Part shown: piece after piece, positions 19,401 to 27,564 of the stretch
Layout: each line of letters opens with the position of its first letter
Numbering within the stretch: the first letter of the stretch is position 1
Assembly: GCA_944367415.1 (NCBI GenBank)
Contig: CALVWN010000035.1
Location: 1,212 to 65,211 of the forward strand
Source of the DNA: an uncultured Clostridia bacterium
Lineage (GTDB): Bacteria > Bacillota > Clostridia > Christensenellales > Borkfalkiaceae
DNA length: 64,000 nt
Direction: 5' to 3'
The notes under the pieces: generated by a model
What the model saw: only the letters and a program-made list of their open reading frames with translations
What the model was told of the DNA's origin: nothing
The model's database searches: none
Translations under genes and position numbers: made by a program

Positions 19401-22400
19401 CGGCGTGGAGGAGATCCCCATCCGTACCTTTGCGGAAATGGAGATCCCTTCCATCACCGTTCCCGCCAGCGTTCAGTACATCCGCAGCGCTGCATTCTTC
19501 GGCTGCACGAATCTGCGCGAAGTCATCTTCGAGAGCGGAGAGGGTGCATCCCTCACGATCGACGATCTTGCGTTCCAGAACTGCACGGCGCTGACATCGA
19601 TCAGCCTGCCCAAGCATCTCACGCAGATCACGGCGGACGAGGCGTTCCTCGGCTGCAATGCGCTCGTCAATATCTTTGTGGAAGAGGGGAACGCGGCATA
19701 TTCGTCGGTGGACGGATTGCTCTGCGATGCGTCCGGAACCAAAGTCATCTTCTGCCCGATGGGCAAGAGCGGCGTCTATAACATTCCGACGGGCATCCTC
19801 GAGATCGGCGAGGCGGCATTCGAAGGCCGCGACAAGCTCACGGAAGTCAATATCAACGCCTACGTCACGTCGATCGGTGTCAATGCGTTTGCCGACTGCG
19901 CAAACCTCTACCGCGTCACGTTTGCGACGGATGCGGCGGCGACCTTCGATATCACGATCGCAGATTACGCATTCTATAACTGCACCAAGCTGGATACGGT
20001 GACGTTCAGCGAGAACGTTGTCGGGATCGGCGCAAGCGCATTCGGTTATTGTGAGACGCTTCGGGAGCTCAATCTTCCCGGTTCGCTGAACTCGATCGGT
20101 GCGAATGCATTCCAGAGCTGCACCCACCTTACCTCCGTCGTCTTCAACGGCGGCGAGGGGACGCTCACCGTCGGCGACGCGGCATTCAGCGACTGCGTGT
20201 TACTGAGCACCGTTACGCTCTCTGCGAGCGTGACCTCCTTCGATGCGGTCAACGTGCTTGCGGGCTGCGACAACCTCGAGAGCATCGAGGTCGCGGACGC
20301 CAACCCGAACTATGCCGACATCGACGGCGTCCTCTACACGAAGGACATCAGCGAGATCCTCTACTATCCCAAGTTCGGAAGCGCGGAGGCGATCACGCTT
20401 CCCGATACGGTCAAGACGATCGGCGAGAGCGCGTTTGCAGGAAACGGCACGATCACGTCGCTCACCATCGGCGGCAATGTGACGCTGATCGAGGCAAATG
20501 CCTTCGACCGCTGCATCTCGCTCGTCACGGTCATCTTTGAAAACGACGGAACGGAGCCGCTCGTCCTCGGCGAGTATGCCTTTGCAAACTGCCCGCTGAT
20601 CGCAAGCGTTGTCCTTCCCGACAGACTGCAATCCATCAGCAACTATGCGTTCAACCTCAACGGTTCGCTCAAGGATGTCGACTTCGGCAATTCCATTCAG
20701 CAGATCGGCGAGTACGCATTCGCGGGCACGGCGCTCGAGGAGATCGTCATTCCCGATACCGTCACGTCGCTCGGCGTCGGCGCCTTTGACAGCTGCGCTT
20801 CGCTCGTGCGCGTGGAATTCCCCGCATCCATGACGACGATCGGCGGTTCGATCTTCAGCAACTGCCCGAAACTCTCCGAAGTCATCATCCCCGAGGGGGT
20901 CACCTCCATCGGCGAGAGAGCATTCGAAGGCGCGGCATCTCTTTCCGAGATCGCACTGCCTTCCACCCTTGTTACGATCGGCGAATATGCGTTTGCGGAC
21001 TGTACGTCGCTGACTTCGATCGAGATCCCCGCCTCCGTCGCAACGATCGGTCGGTATGCATTCGACGGTTGCTCGGCACTTGCGTCCGTCACGTTTGAAG
21101 CCGGCACGCAGCCGCTCACCATCGACGACTACGCCTTCCAGTATTGCACGAGCATCACTTCGATCGAATTCCCGACGAGGCTGCAGCAGCTCGGTACAAC
21201 GAGCGGTTACCTCTTCCGCTACGGATCGCTTGAAATCGTCACCTTTGCGGAGGGTGAGAGTCAGCTGGAAGCGATCAGCGACTTTGCTTTCGCAACGGCC
21301 AATCTCATTTCGATCGAGCTTCCCGAAGGGCTGAAGACCATCGGCCGCAGAGCGTTCTATAACAGCGGCTCGGGCGCGCAGATGGAGAGCATCGTCATTC
21401 CTTCCACGGTGACGCTGATCGAAGAGGGCGCGTTCTACTGTCAGTCCGCGCTCCAATCCATCACCTTTGCGAGCGTCGGCAAGCCGATGGAGGAGCTCGA
21501 GTCTCTGACGATCGAGGAGAGTGTGTTCACCGGCGTGACCGTCGAGTCGATCACCCTTCCCAAGAACCTCGCCTCCATCACCGCGCCGATGTTCTTTGCT
21601 GCGGCAAACGGCGGCGCAAATTCGTATGACTGGCGCGTCGAACTGCGTGAGATCGTTCTCGAGGAGGGAAATGAGAACTTCGTTCTGGAGGGCAATATCC
21701 TCTATGAAAAGAACATTTCCGGCGAGACGGAGACCTGGAGCATCGCGCTCGTTCCCACCGGTTATACCGGCGCGCTGACCGTCTCCAACCGCGTGACCTC
21801 CATTCCGGAGTATGCGTTCATGCTGTCCCGCGCCGAGAGCATCACGCTTCCCGACACGATCACGTCCATCGGGAACTATGCGTTCAACTTCGCTTCCTTC
21901 TCGAGCGTGACCATCCCCGGCAGCGTGACGACCATCGGAAGGGCGGCATTCGGCTATGAGTCCCGGCCCAGCGCTTCGAGCGGTCATTCGGATTACGTCA
22001 GCCCGCTGAAGGAAGTCATCTTCGCAGAGGGCACGGCGGAACTGAAGATCACCGGCAACAACGCGTTCAAGAATACGTCCATTACGTCCATTGAGCTTCC
22101 CGAGCGCCTGACGTCCATTTCCGGAATGTATGCCTTCGAGGCAACGGCGCTCACCTCCGTGACCATCCCTGCAAGCCTTGCGACGATCGGAAACTATGCA
22201 TTCAGGAATTGCGAAGCGCTGACGCAGGTGACCTTTGCGCCCGGCTGCTCGCTGAAGACGATCGGCACCTCGCTGTTCCAGAATTCCGGGCTGCAGTCCA
22301 TCGAAATTCCCGCAAGCGTCACAACGATCAACAACAATGCATTCAGAGACTGTAAGGAGCTGACGTCCGTCACCTTTGAGGCGGGCGGCACGGCAGAACT

Positions 22401-25400
22401 GACGATCGCCAACGGCAGCACGTCCACTTCTTCCACTGTAAGCACATCGGCAGGCGTGTTCCGCGGATGCGACGCGCTGACGACGATCACGCTCCCCGCG
22501 CGTCTCACGCTGCTCGGCGCCTTCGCCTTTGCCGACTGCACTTCGCTCAAGGAAGTGCTGTTCGAGGAGGGTTCGCGGCTCGAGACGATCGGAAACCTCG
22601 CATTCTGGAATACCGCACTTGAGGAGATCGTCATTCCCGCCGGCGTCACTACGCTCGGCACGGCAAGTGCGACCACTACGACGGGTGCAAAGTATGGTGT
22701 ATTCCTTGACTGTGAGAATCTTACGAGCGTTACGCTGCCCGACGACTACTCCTTCCAGTGGAACCGGTTTATCGGCTGCACGGCGCTGGAAGAGATCAAC
22801 GTCACGGCAAACAACGTCGAGTATTCGTCGCAGGACGGCGTCCTGATGAGCAAGGACGGCTACTCCCTCGTCTACTTCCCGATCGGAAAGAACGTCGGCG
22901 AGACGTACACCGTTCCCTCCACCGTGACGACCATCGAGGCGAATGCGTTCTACTCCAATACAACGATGTATGCAAAGATCTCCGGCATCGTCATCCCCGA
23001 AAGCGTCACCGAGATCGGCAACAACGCGTTCCGCTATGTTCCGCTTGAATCCGTTGTGTTGCCCGACAGTCTGACGACGCTCGGCACCTATCTCTTCGCG
23101 AACAACAAGGTGCTCACCGAGATCACCATTCCTGCCGGCATAACGGCAATTCCCAACTTCATGTTCCAGAACTGCTCGGCACTGACCGAAGTGCACTTTG
23201 CGCCCAACAGCAGGCTGACCTCCATCGGCAACTCCGCGTTTGACAACAGCGGCCTTGCAAGCATCGAGATCCCTGCAAGCGTCGAGTCGATCGGATCGAG
23301 TACGTTCAGTTATGCGGCGTTCGAGTCGATCACGTTTGCTCCGAACAGCGCGCTGACTTCTATCGGCGCCGGCGCATTCGAGGATTCCTCGCTGACGGAA
23401 GTGGAGCTTCCCGATTCCGTCGTGACGATGGGCAACTATGTCTTCCGTGACAGCCCGCTGCTGGAGCGCGTCAAGCTGCCTTCCGGGATCACGACCATCC
23501 CGATGTACACCTTCCAGGATTGCGATTCGCTCAAGGAAGTGGAATTCGGCGACAACGTCGTTGAGATCGCAAGAGATGTGTTCAAGAACTGCATCAGTCT
23601 TGAGAGCATTGAGATCCCCGCCGGCGTCGAGACGATGGGGCAGTCCGTCTTCTACGGCTGCACCGGTCTGAAGGAAGTGACGTTCGAGGAAGGTTCCAGA
23701 CTGACGTCGATCACGAGCGTGACGACGATGAACAGCGGCATTTTCCAGAATTGTACCTCGCTGGAGCGCGTCGATCTTCCCGACTCCCTCGGGAATATCC
23801 CCAACTATGCGTTCAGCGGCTGCGAAAGCCTTATTTCCATCGAGATCCCCGAACAGGCGGTCGAGATCGGAAAGCAGGCGTTCGAGAACTGCACGGGCCT
23901 CGAGTATGTCCGGATCTCGGGCAGCGTCGAGTCCATCGGAACGTCTGCATTCAGCGGCTGTACCGCTCTGTCCGACGTCAACTTCATGTCCGGTCTCACG
24001 ACGATCGGCGAGAGCGCATTCAGCGGCTGCACTTCGCTGACCACGGTCGTTCTTCCCGATTCCGTCATTTCGATCGGAAGCAATGCGTTTGCCAATATCG
24101 ACGGGCTGGATCTTTCCGTCGAGGACGGCAATACCGCATACATCATGGATGAGCACGGCGTCCTCTATGACAGCCGGATGTCCTCCATCATCTCCTTCCC
24201 TGCAGATCTCGAAGGGGTGTTCGTGGTTCCCGATACCGTCACCGCCATCCCCGAGGGCATCTTCAGAGGGACGTCTGTCACGGAAGTCACGCTTCCCGCC
24301 AGCGTCACGGAGATCTCCGACAGCATGTTCGAGAATGCCAAGAACCTGACAAAGGTCACCATCAACGGGCGCATCACTTCCATCGGCAAACGCGCGTTTG
24401 CCGGAAGCGGCATCCGGTCGATCACGATCGGGCGGTATGTCACTTCCATCGGCGAGAGTGCATTTGACGGCTGCGCGAACCTGAAAGAGGTCATCTTTGA
24501 GGCAAACGGAAGCTCCGCGCTGCAGATCGGCGACTACGCGTTCCGCAACTGCACTTCGCTGGAGAACATCGAGCTTGCCCGCCGCATCCGGAACATGGTT
24601 GTCTCTACGGACAGCGAGGATAAAATCACGCTCGGCATCGGCGTCTCCGCCTTTGAGGGCTGCACCGCGCTCAAGACGGTCACCTTCGAGCAGTCGGGCG
24701 GATGGCTCCTGACGGAGGGGCTCTCCATCGGCGCCTCTGCGTTCAAGAATTCCGGTCTTGAGTCGATCGTCATCCCGAGCACGAGCGGATGGGTCTACAA
24801 CAATGTTTCCACATACGGCTCACATGTTCCCAACCTTGGGGAGTCCTGTTTTGAAGGCTGCGTCAACCTCAAAGACGTCACCTTTGAACCGATCGACAAC
24901 AGCTACTTCTATGTCGGAGCCAACCTGTTCAAGAACTGCACCTCGCTGGAGTATATCGAACTTCCGGATGAATTCTGCTTCTTGTATAAGGTCGGCGGAA
25001 ACTCGAGATATGCGAGCGGACTGTTTGCGGGATGCACCTCTCTCAAAGAGGCGGTCATTACGGTCTCGGATCTCTATGCGACAACGACAGACGTCTATGC
25101 CTTTGACGGCTGCACCGCCCTCGAGACGGTCACGATCAAAGTTCCTGCGGGTTTGATATATAATTGTGTTAACCGCAATATGTTCCGCGACTGCACCGCT
25201 TTGAAGACGGTCAACATCGGGCATGGCGTCTTCGGGATCGGCGAACAGGCGTTTGCCGGCTGCTCGTCGCTCACGACGGTCAGCATTCCTTCGTCCGTTG
25301 AGTCGATCGGCGACCGCGCATTCGACGGCTGCTCCGCACTCACTGCCATCGAACTCCCGAGACTGCTCGAGGAGATCGGCGAGGAGGCGTTTGCCGGCTG

Positions 25401-26307
25401 CTCGTCGCTCGCTTCCTTCACAGTTGCTGCAAACAATGCCGACTTCATGTCGTTGGACGGGAATCTCTACAGCAAGGACGGAACGCAGCTCATCCGCTAT
25501 GCCGCAGGCAAGACGGAGACGTCGTTTGCGATCCCCGCAGGGGTCACGAGCATTGCGGCGGGCGCGTTCGACAGCTGCGGCGCGCTGCAGAGCGTCACCA
25601 TTCCTGCATCCGTGACGACGATCGGCGCAGGCGCGTTTGCACACTGCAAGGCGCTCACCGCCATCAACGTCGACGCCGCCAATCCGAACTTCTCTTCGAT
25701 CGACGGGAATCTCTACAGCAAGGACGGCACGACGCTCATCCAGTATGCGACGGGCAAGGCGGAGACGTCCTATGCGGTGGCGAACAGCGTGACGGCCATC
25801 GGCGCAGGCGCATTCAAGGGCGCCGTCAATCTGACGAGCGTGACGCTTCCCGAGACGGTCACGTCCATCGGCGCATACGCGTTCGACGGATGCAGCGGCT
25901 TGACTTCCGTCACCATTCCCGCCTCTGTGACGAGCATCGGCGCGGGTGCGTTTGCAAACTGCTCCAACCTGACCGCGATCAACGTTGCGGAGGGGAGCAC
26001 GCACTTCAAGTCCGTCGACGGCAACCTGTACAGCTTTGACGGCAGCGTCCTCGTTCAGTACGCGGTCGGCAAGACGGATACAACGTTCACCGTTCCGGAG
26101 GGCGTCACGACCATTGCGAGCGGGGCATTCGAGGGTGCGAAGCTCACGTCGGTGACCATTCCGGGCGACGTGAAGACGGTGCAGGCGGGCGCGTTTGAGG
26201 GCTGGACGAGTGCGCAGAGCCTCCTCGTAACGTTCAAGATGTACGGGGAACCCGACGGGTTCGCTTCCACCTGGGCGGAGAGGGCAACGATCGTCTACGC
26301 CGAATGA
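16474..26307 (+). CDS. giant BspA-like leucine-rich-repeat surface lipoprotein (3277 aa)
   Basis: ATG at 16474 follows GGAGGTGTGCT. The signal peptide ends LFAIAAC. In order the translation shows a lipocalin-like module, Listeria-Bacteroides repeats (DGYVFVGWYTD..., EGYTFLGWY...), five FN3-like modules (W.AV.GA..Y), and then about 2400 aa of LRR_5/BspA-type repeats (IG..AF..C..L..I.IP.SV). Stop is TGA. Confidence 0.9.
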   Translation: MRLKKWLIGVLTVIMSLTTLFAIAACKEDEPIDEEQPFQEGPEVGVYYYDTGLEEYQIVLSGNNQFTFLVMGENKTGTYTLTDTTLVLDFARAEDGEVTATLSDDVLSLTWQDSAMRFLRQISYSVTFDAQEGSAVGSVSVINGKTISRPDDPVRDGYVFVGWYTDTAHTTPFMFDAQPVTSNLTLYAYWLQKTPGSNEYTVDFDLGYDAEAPAAMQTTAGCLVSLPAPEREGYTFLGWYVSASDSAEKLTYEYTVGTKLNENTTLYALWEEDGDELAAPAVSVTATGVTWNAVSGSAIYFVTITGPDQETLVDNARVQTTYYEFDFTAQEAGEYLVSVSASSNLAGTGTLATASRYYVNRALARVSVFDVVEPSALIFEGVPNAERYYLTIDCGNDAHTHDMVALGKMTSYNFANCPMQEGGIRFVVTAEADGYVSSVSKEFVYNRELAQVTGLVYEAETQTFYWDAVADAMGYVVAVNGTTAEIGNVMSYSVDAFAAGEIVFSIYPVTKGYNSPVASTMTVTKAEPATPANIHVNDANCIVWDAVAGATSYTLSINGTTYSETENSFDLAQIIGEGVLEGTTFTVSVRANSDAASSLWSKEQTLEYLVMGGQLKYSANVFSWNDVVGAEYYDVQVNDGDIVTVRDANSAVVRLTQAGNNILRVRFGNASYLSDWRELTVFAYEIAFDSRGGTAVPSVYVANGDAISYPEDPEREDYRFDGWYTVPGGAEANGAQYGDQIFAEGANLILYANWVWIPTPSTVTLNAHYGALTEDVVEVLYGMDYTLEVPANTQERDERYVFNGWFSEPNGNGIRYTDMNGQGVSAWPTKGDTTLYASWLEVFSFTQTVDAVGNTVYAVAKGPEIGRMSSITIPATYKGVLVARIYSGAFDECITLTEINVPDSIVTIGSVSTSDAMGAFSGCISLMNVNVYEAEGDHDVYYWSEDGVLIYDNPQTQLTRLVYYPEARRGAYRIPDGVEEIPIRTFAEMEIPSITVPASVQYIRSAAFFGCTNLREVIFESGEGASLTIDDLAFQNCTALTSISLPKHLTQITADEAFLGCNALVNIFVEEGNAAYSSVDGLLCDASGTKVIFCPMGKSGVYNIPTGILEIGEAAFEGRDKLTEVNINAYVTSIGVNAFADCANLYRVTFATDAAATFDITIADYAFYNCTKLDTVTFSENVVGIGASAFGYCETLRELNLPGSLNSIGANAFQSCTHLTSVVFNGGEGTLTVGDAAFSDCVLLSTVTLSASVTSFDAVNVLAGCDNLESIEVADANPNYADIDGVLYTKDISEILYYPKFGSAEAITLPDTVKTIGESAFAGNGTITSLTIGGNVTLIEANAFDRCISLVTVIFENDGTEPLVLGEYAFANCPLIASVVLPDRLQSISNYAFNLNGSLKDVDFGNSIQQIGEYAFAGTALEEIVIPDTVTSLGVGAFDSCASLVRVEFPASMTTIGGSIFSNCPKLSEVIIPEGVTSIGERAFEGAASLSEIALPSTLVTIGEYAFADCTSLTSIEIPASVATIGRYAFDGCSALASVTFEAGTQPLTIDDYAFQYCTSITSIEFPTRLQQLGTTSGYLFRYGSLEIVTFAEGESQLEAISDFAFATANLISIELPEGLKTIGRRAFYNSGSGAQMESIVIPSTVTLIEEGAFYCQSALQSITFASVGKPMEELESLTIEESVFTGVTVESITLPKNLASITAPMFFAAANGGANSYDWRVELREIVLEEGNENFVLEGNILYEKNISGETETWSIALVPTGYTGALTVSNRVTSIPEYAFMLSRAESITLPDTITSIGNYAFNFASFSSVTIPGSVTTIGRAAFGYESRPSASSGHSDYVSPLKEVIFAEGTAELKITGNNAFKNTSITSIELPERLTSISGMYAFEATALTSVTIPASLATIGNYAFRNCEALTQVTFAPGCSLKTIGTSLFQNSGLQSIEIPASVTTINNNAFRDCKELTSVTFEAGGTAELTIANGSTSTSSTVSTSAGVFRGCDALTTITLPARLTLLGAFAFADCTSLKEVLFEEGSRLETIGNLAFWNTALEEIVIPAGVTTLGTASATTTTGAKYGVFLDCENLTSVTLPDDYSFQWNRFIGCTALEEINVTANNVEYSSQDGVLMSKDGYSLVYFPIGKNVGETYTVPSTVTTIEANAFYSNTTMYAKISGIVIPESVTEIGNNAFRYVPLESVVLPDSLTTLGTYLFANNKVLTEITIPAGITAIPNFMFQNCSALTEVHFAPNSRLTSIGNSAFDNSGLASIEIPASVESIGSSTFSYAAFESITFAPNSALTSIGAGAFEDSSLTEVELPDSVVTMGNYVFRDSPLLERVKLPSGITTIPMYTFQDCDSLKEVEFGDNVVEIARDVFKNCISLESIEIPAGVETMGQSVFYGCTGLKEVTFEEGSRLTSITSVTTMNSGIFQNCTSLERVDLPDSLGNIPNYAFSGCESLISIEIPEQAVEIGKQAFENCTGLEYVRISGSVESIGTSAFSGCTALSDVNFMSGLTTIGESAFSGCTSLTTVVLPDSVISIGSNAFANIDGLDLSVEDGNTAYIMDEHGVLYDSRMSSIISFPADLEGVFVVPDTVTAIPEGIFRGTSVTEVTLPASVTEISDSMFENAKNLTKVTINGRITSIGKRAFAGSGIRSITIGRYVTSIGESAFDGCANLKEVIFEANGSSALQIGDYAFRNCTSLENIELARRIRNMVVSTDSEDKITLGIGVSAFEGCTALKTVTFEQSGGWLLTEGLSIGASAFKNSGLESIVIPSTSGWVYNNVSTYGSHVPNLGESCFEGCVNLKDVTFEPIDNSYFYVGANLFKNCTSLEYIELPDEFCFLYKVGGNSRYASGLFAGCTSLKEAVITVSDLYATTTDVYAFDGCTALETVTIKVPAGLIYNCVNRNMFRDCTALKTVNIGHGVFGIGEQAFAGCSSLTTVSIPSSVESIGDRAFDGCSALTAIELPRLLEEIGEEAFAGCSSLASFTVAANNADFMSLDGNLYSKDGTQLIRYAAGKTETSFAIPAGVTSIAAGAFDSCGALQSVTIPASVTTIGAGAFAHCKALTAINVDAANPNFSSIDGNLYSKDGTTLIQYATGKAETSYAVANSVTAIGAGAFKGAVNLTSVTLPETVTSIGAYAFDGCSGLTSVTIPASVTSIGAGAFANCSNLTAINVAEGSTHFKSVDGNLYSFDGSVLVQYAVGKTDTTFTVPEGVTTIASGAFEGAKLTSVTIPGDVKTVQAGAFEGWTSAQSLLVTFKMYGEPDGFASTWAERATIVYAE

Positions 26308-26341
26308 CGGCATACGCTCGCTTCACTGCAAAATAGGGCAT

Positions 26342-26369
26342 CAAGTCATCGGAAAATTCCGATGACTTG
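26342..26369 (+). terminator. hairpin, possible terminator or attenuator after the giant gene
   Basis: Stem CAAGTCATCGG / CCGATGACTTG, loop AAAATT. Only a weak T-rich tail follows. Confidence 0.45.
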
Positions 26370-26409
26370 TACCTATTTATGAAGAAATTGTGAAAAGATA
26401 TTTCAAACA

Positions 26410-26439
26410 TTGGACATATTGTGAAAAGTATGGTATCAT
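26410..26439 (+). promoter_or_regulatory. candidate promoter of the MoxR/VWA operon
   Basis: TTGGAC (26410-26415), 18 nt, TGGTATCAT (TATCAT at 26434-26439). It is flanked by the direct repeat ATTGTGAAAAG at 26387 and 26418. Confidence 0.45.
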
Positions 26440-26456
26440 GAAAAAAGGAGGAGACT

Positions 26457-27527
26457 ATGAACAATAGCACTTTGTTTCAAAAATACTATCGCCGCCTCGT
26501 CGCGGAGGGCTGGTTGAAGTCATTGTTCTGGGGCTTTGACCTCGGCTGCCTGGTTCTTGCCGTTTCTTCGTTTATCGGGTGGGCAGTCGGTTTCGAGCCG
26601 ATGGTCTGGATCGCCGTCCTGATCGGCGCTGTCGTCTGGGCGATCGGCACGGTACTCCTCTACTTCGGGCTGTTCAGGCCGAATGAACAGAAAGTCGCGC
26701 GCAGGCTGGATGCGCTCGGCCTGGAAGAGCGCGCCGTCACGATGATGGAGCTGCAGGGGGAGGATTCGTTCATCGCCCTGCGTCAGCGCGAGGATGCGCA
26801 GAACAAGATCGCATCCGTCAAGAAGACCGATCTGAAAATGCATCCGATCGTCTCCGAGCGCAGCTCGTCGCGCAAGCGTGCGCTTGCTTTGACTGCGGCG
26901 ATCGTATTGCCTCTGCTTGCGGTCGCCATGTGCGTCATTTTTGCGTTGAGCATTTTCGGCATCCTTCCGAGCGGAAACAATATTTTCCATCCGCAGATCA
27001 ACAACTACATCAACGTGCATTATCTTGTCGATGACGGCGGGGTCATTCAGGGCGAAACGGAGCAGACCGTTCTGGTCGGCGGCGAAACGGAAAAGGTCGT
27101 CGCGGTTGCGGACTACGGCTATGCGTTCATCGGCTGGTCGGACGGAAATCCCAACCCGACCCGCAGCGACAAAGAGGTCGACAGAGAACTGTTCGTCTTT
27201 GCAATGTTTGCGGAGCTTGACTTTGGAGACGGGGACGGCGGCGAAAATGACGATTCGTCCCATGAGCTCTTTCCCGATCCGGATGAAAACAACGGCACTG
27301 TAAGCGACGACGACAGCAACAACGACCATCCGTTCCCGAACGATCAGGAGAACGATCAGAATAAAGATTTTATTTCCAATGATGAAGTGATCGACGGCGA
27401 AACAGATTATCCGGACGTCTATGCGCAGTATTACGAGATGATCATGGATGCGATCGCTTCCGGTCAGCTGACTTTGACCGACGAGCTGCGCGCTTTCCTG
27501 GAAGCATATTACAACAGTCTTTTGTAA
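26457..27527 (+). CDS. membrane protein with an extracytoplasmic Listeria-Bacteroides-like repeat and an Asp/Asn-rich acidic tail (356 aa)
   Basis: RBS is AAAGGAGGAGACT. The translation has an N-terminal TM hairpin plus a third TM, then YLVDDGGVIQGE...YGYAFIGWSDGNPNP, then DFGDGDGGENDDSSHE...SDDDSNNDHPFPNDQENDQ. It is the first gene of the operon. Confidence 0.7.
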   Translation: MNNSTLFQKYYRRLVAEGWLKSLFWGFDLGCLVLAVSSFIGWAVGFEPMVWIAVLIGAVVWAIGTVLLYFGLFRPNEQKVARRLDALGLEERAVTMMELQGEDSFIALRQREDAQNKIASVKKTDLKMHPIVSERSSSRKRALALTAAIVLPLLAVAMCVIFALSIFGILPSGNNIFHPQINNYINVHYLVDDGGVIQGETEQTVLVGGETEKVVAVADYGYAFIGWSDGNPNPTRSDKEVDRELFVFAMFAELDFGDGDGGENDDSSHELFPDPDENNGTVSDDDSNNDHPFPNDQENDQNKDFISNDEVIDGETDYPDVYAQYYEMIMDAIASGQLTLTDELRAFLEAYYNSLL

Positions 27528-27564
27528 TGCAGATAAAAATTATTTGAAAAAGGAAATAACAGAC

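Noticed and set aside
19000-26200. Highly periodic DNA of about 69-75 bp in the LRR region, which might be mistaken for a CRISPR array or satellite.
   Set aside because: The repeats are degenerate, contiguous without unique spacers, entirely in frame within a coding sequence, and encode the IG..AF..C..L..I.IP LRR consensus. No cas genes are present.
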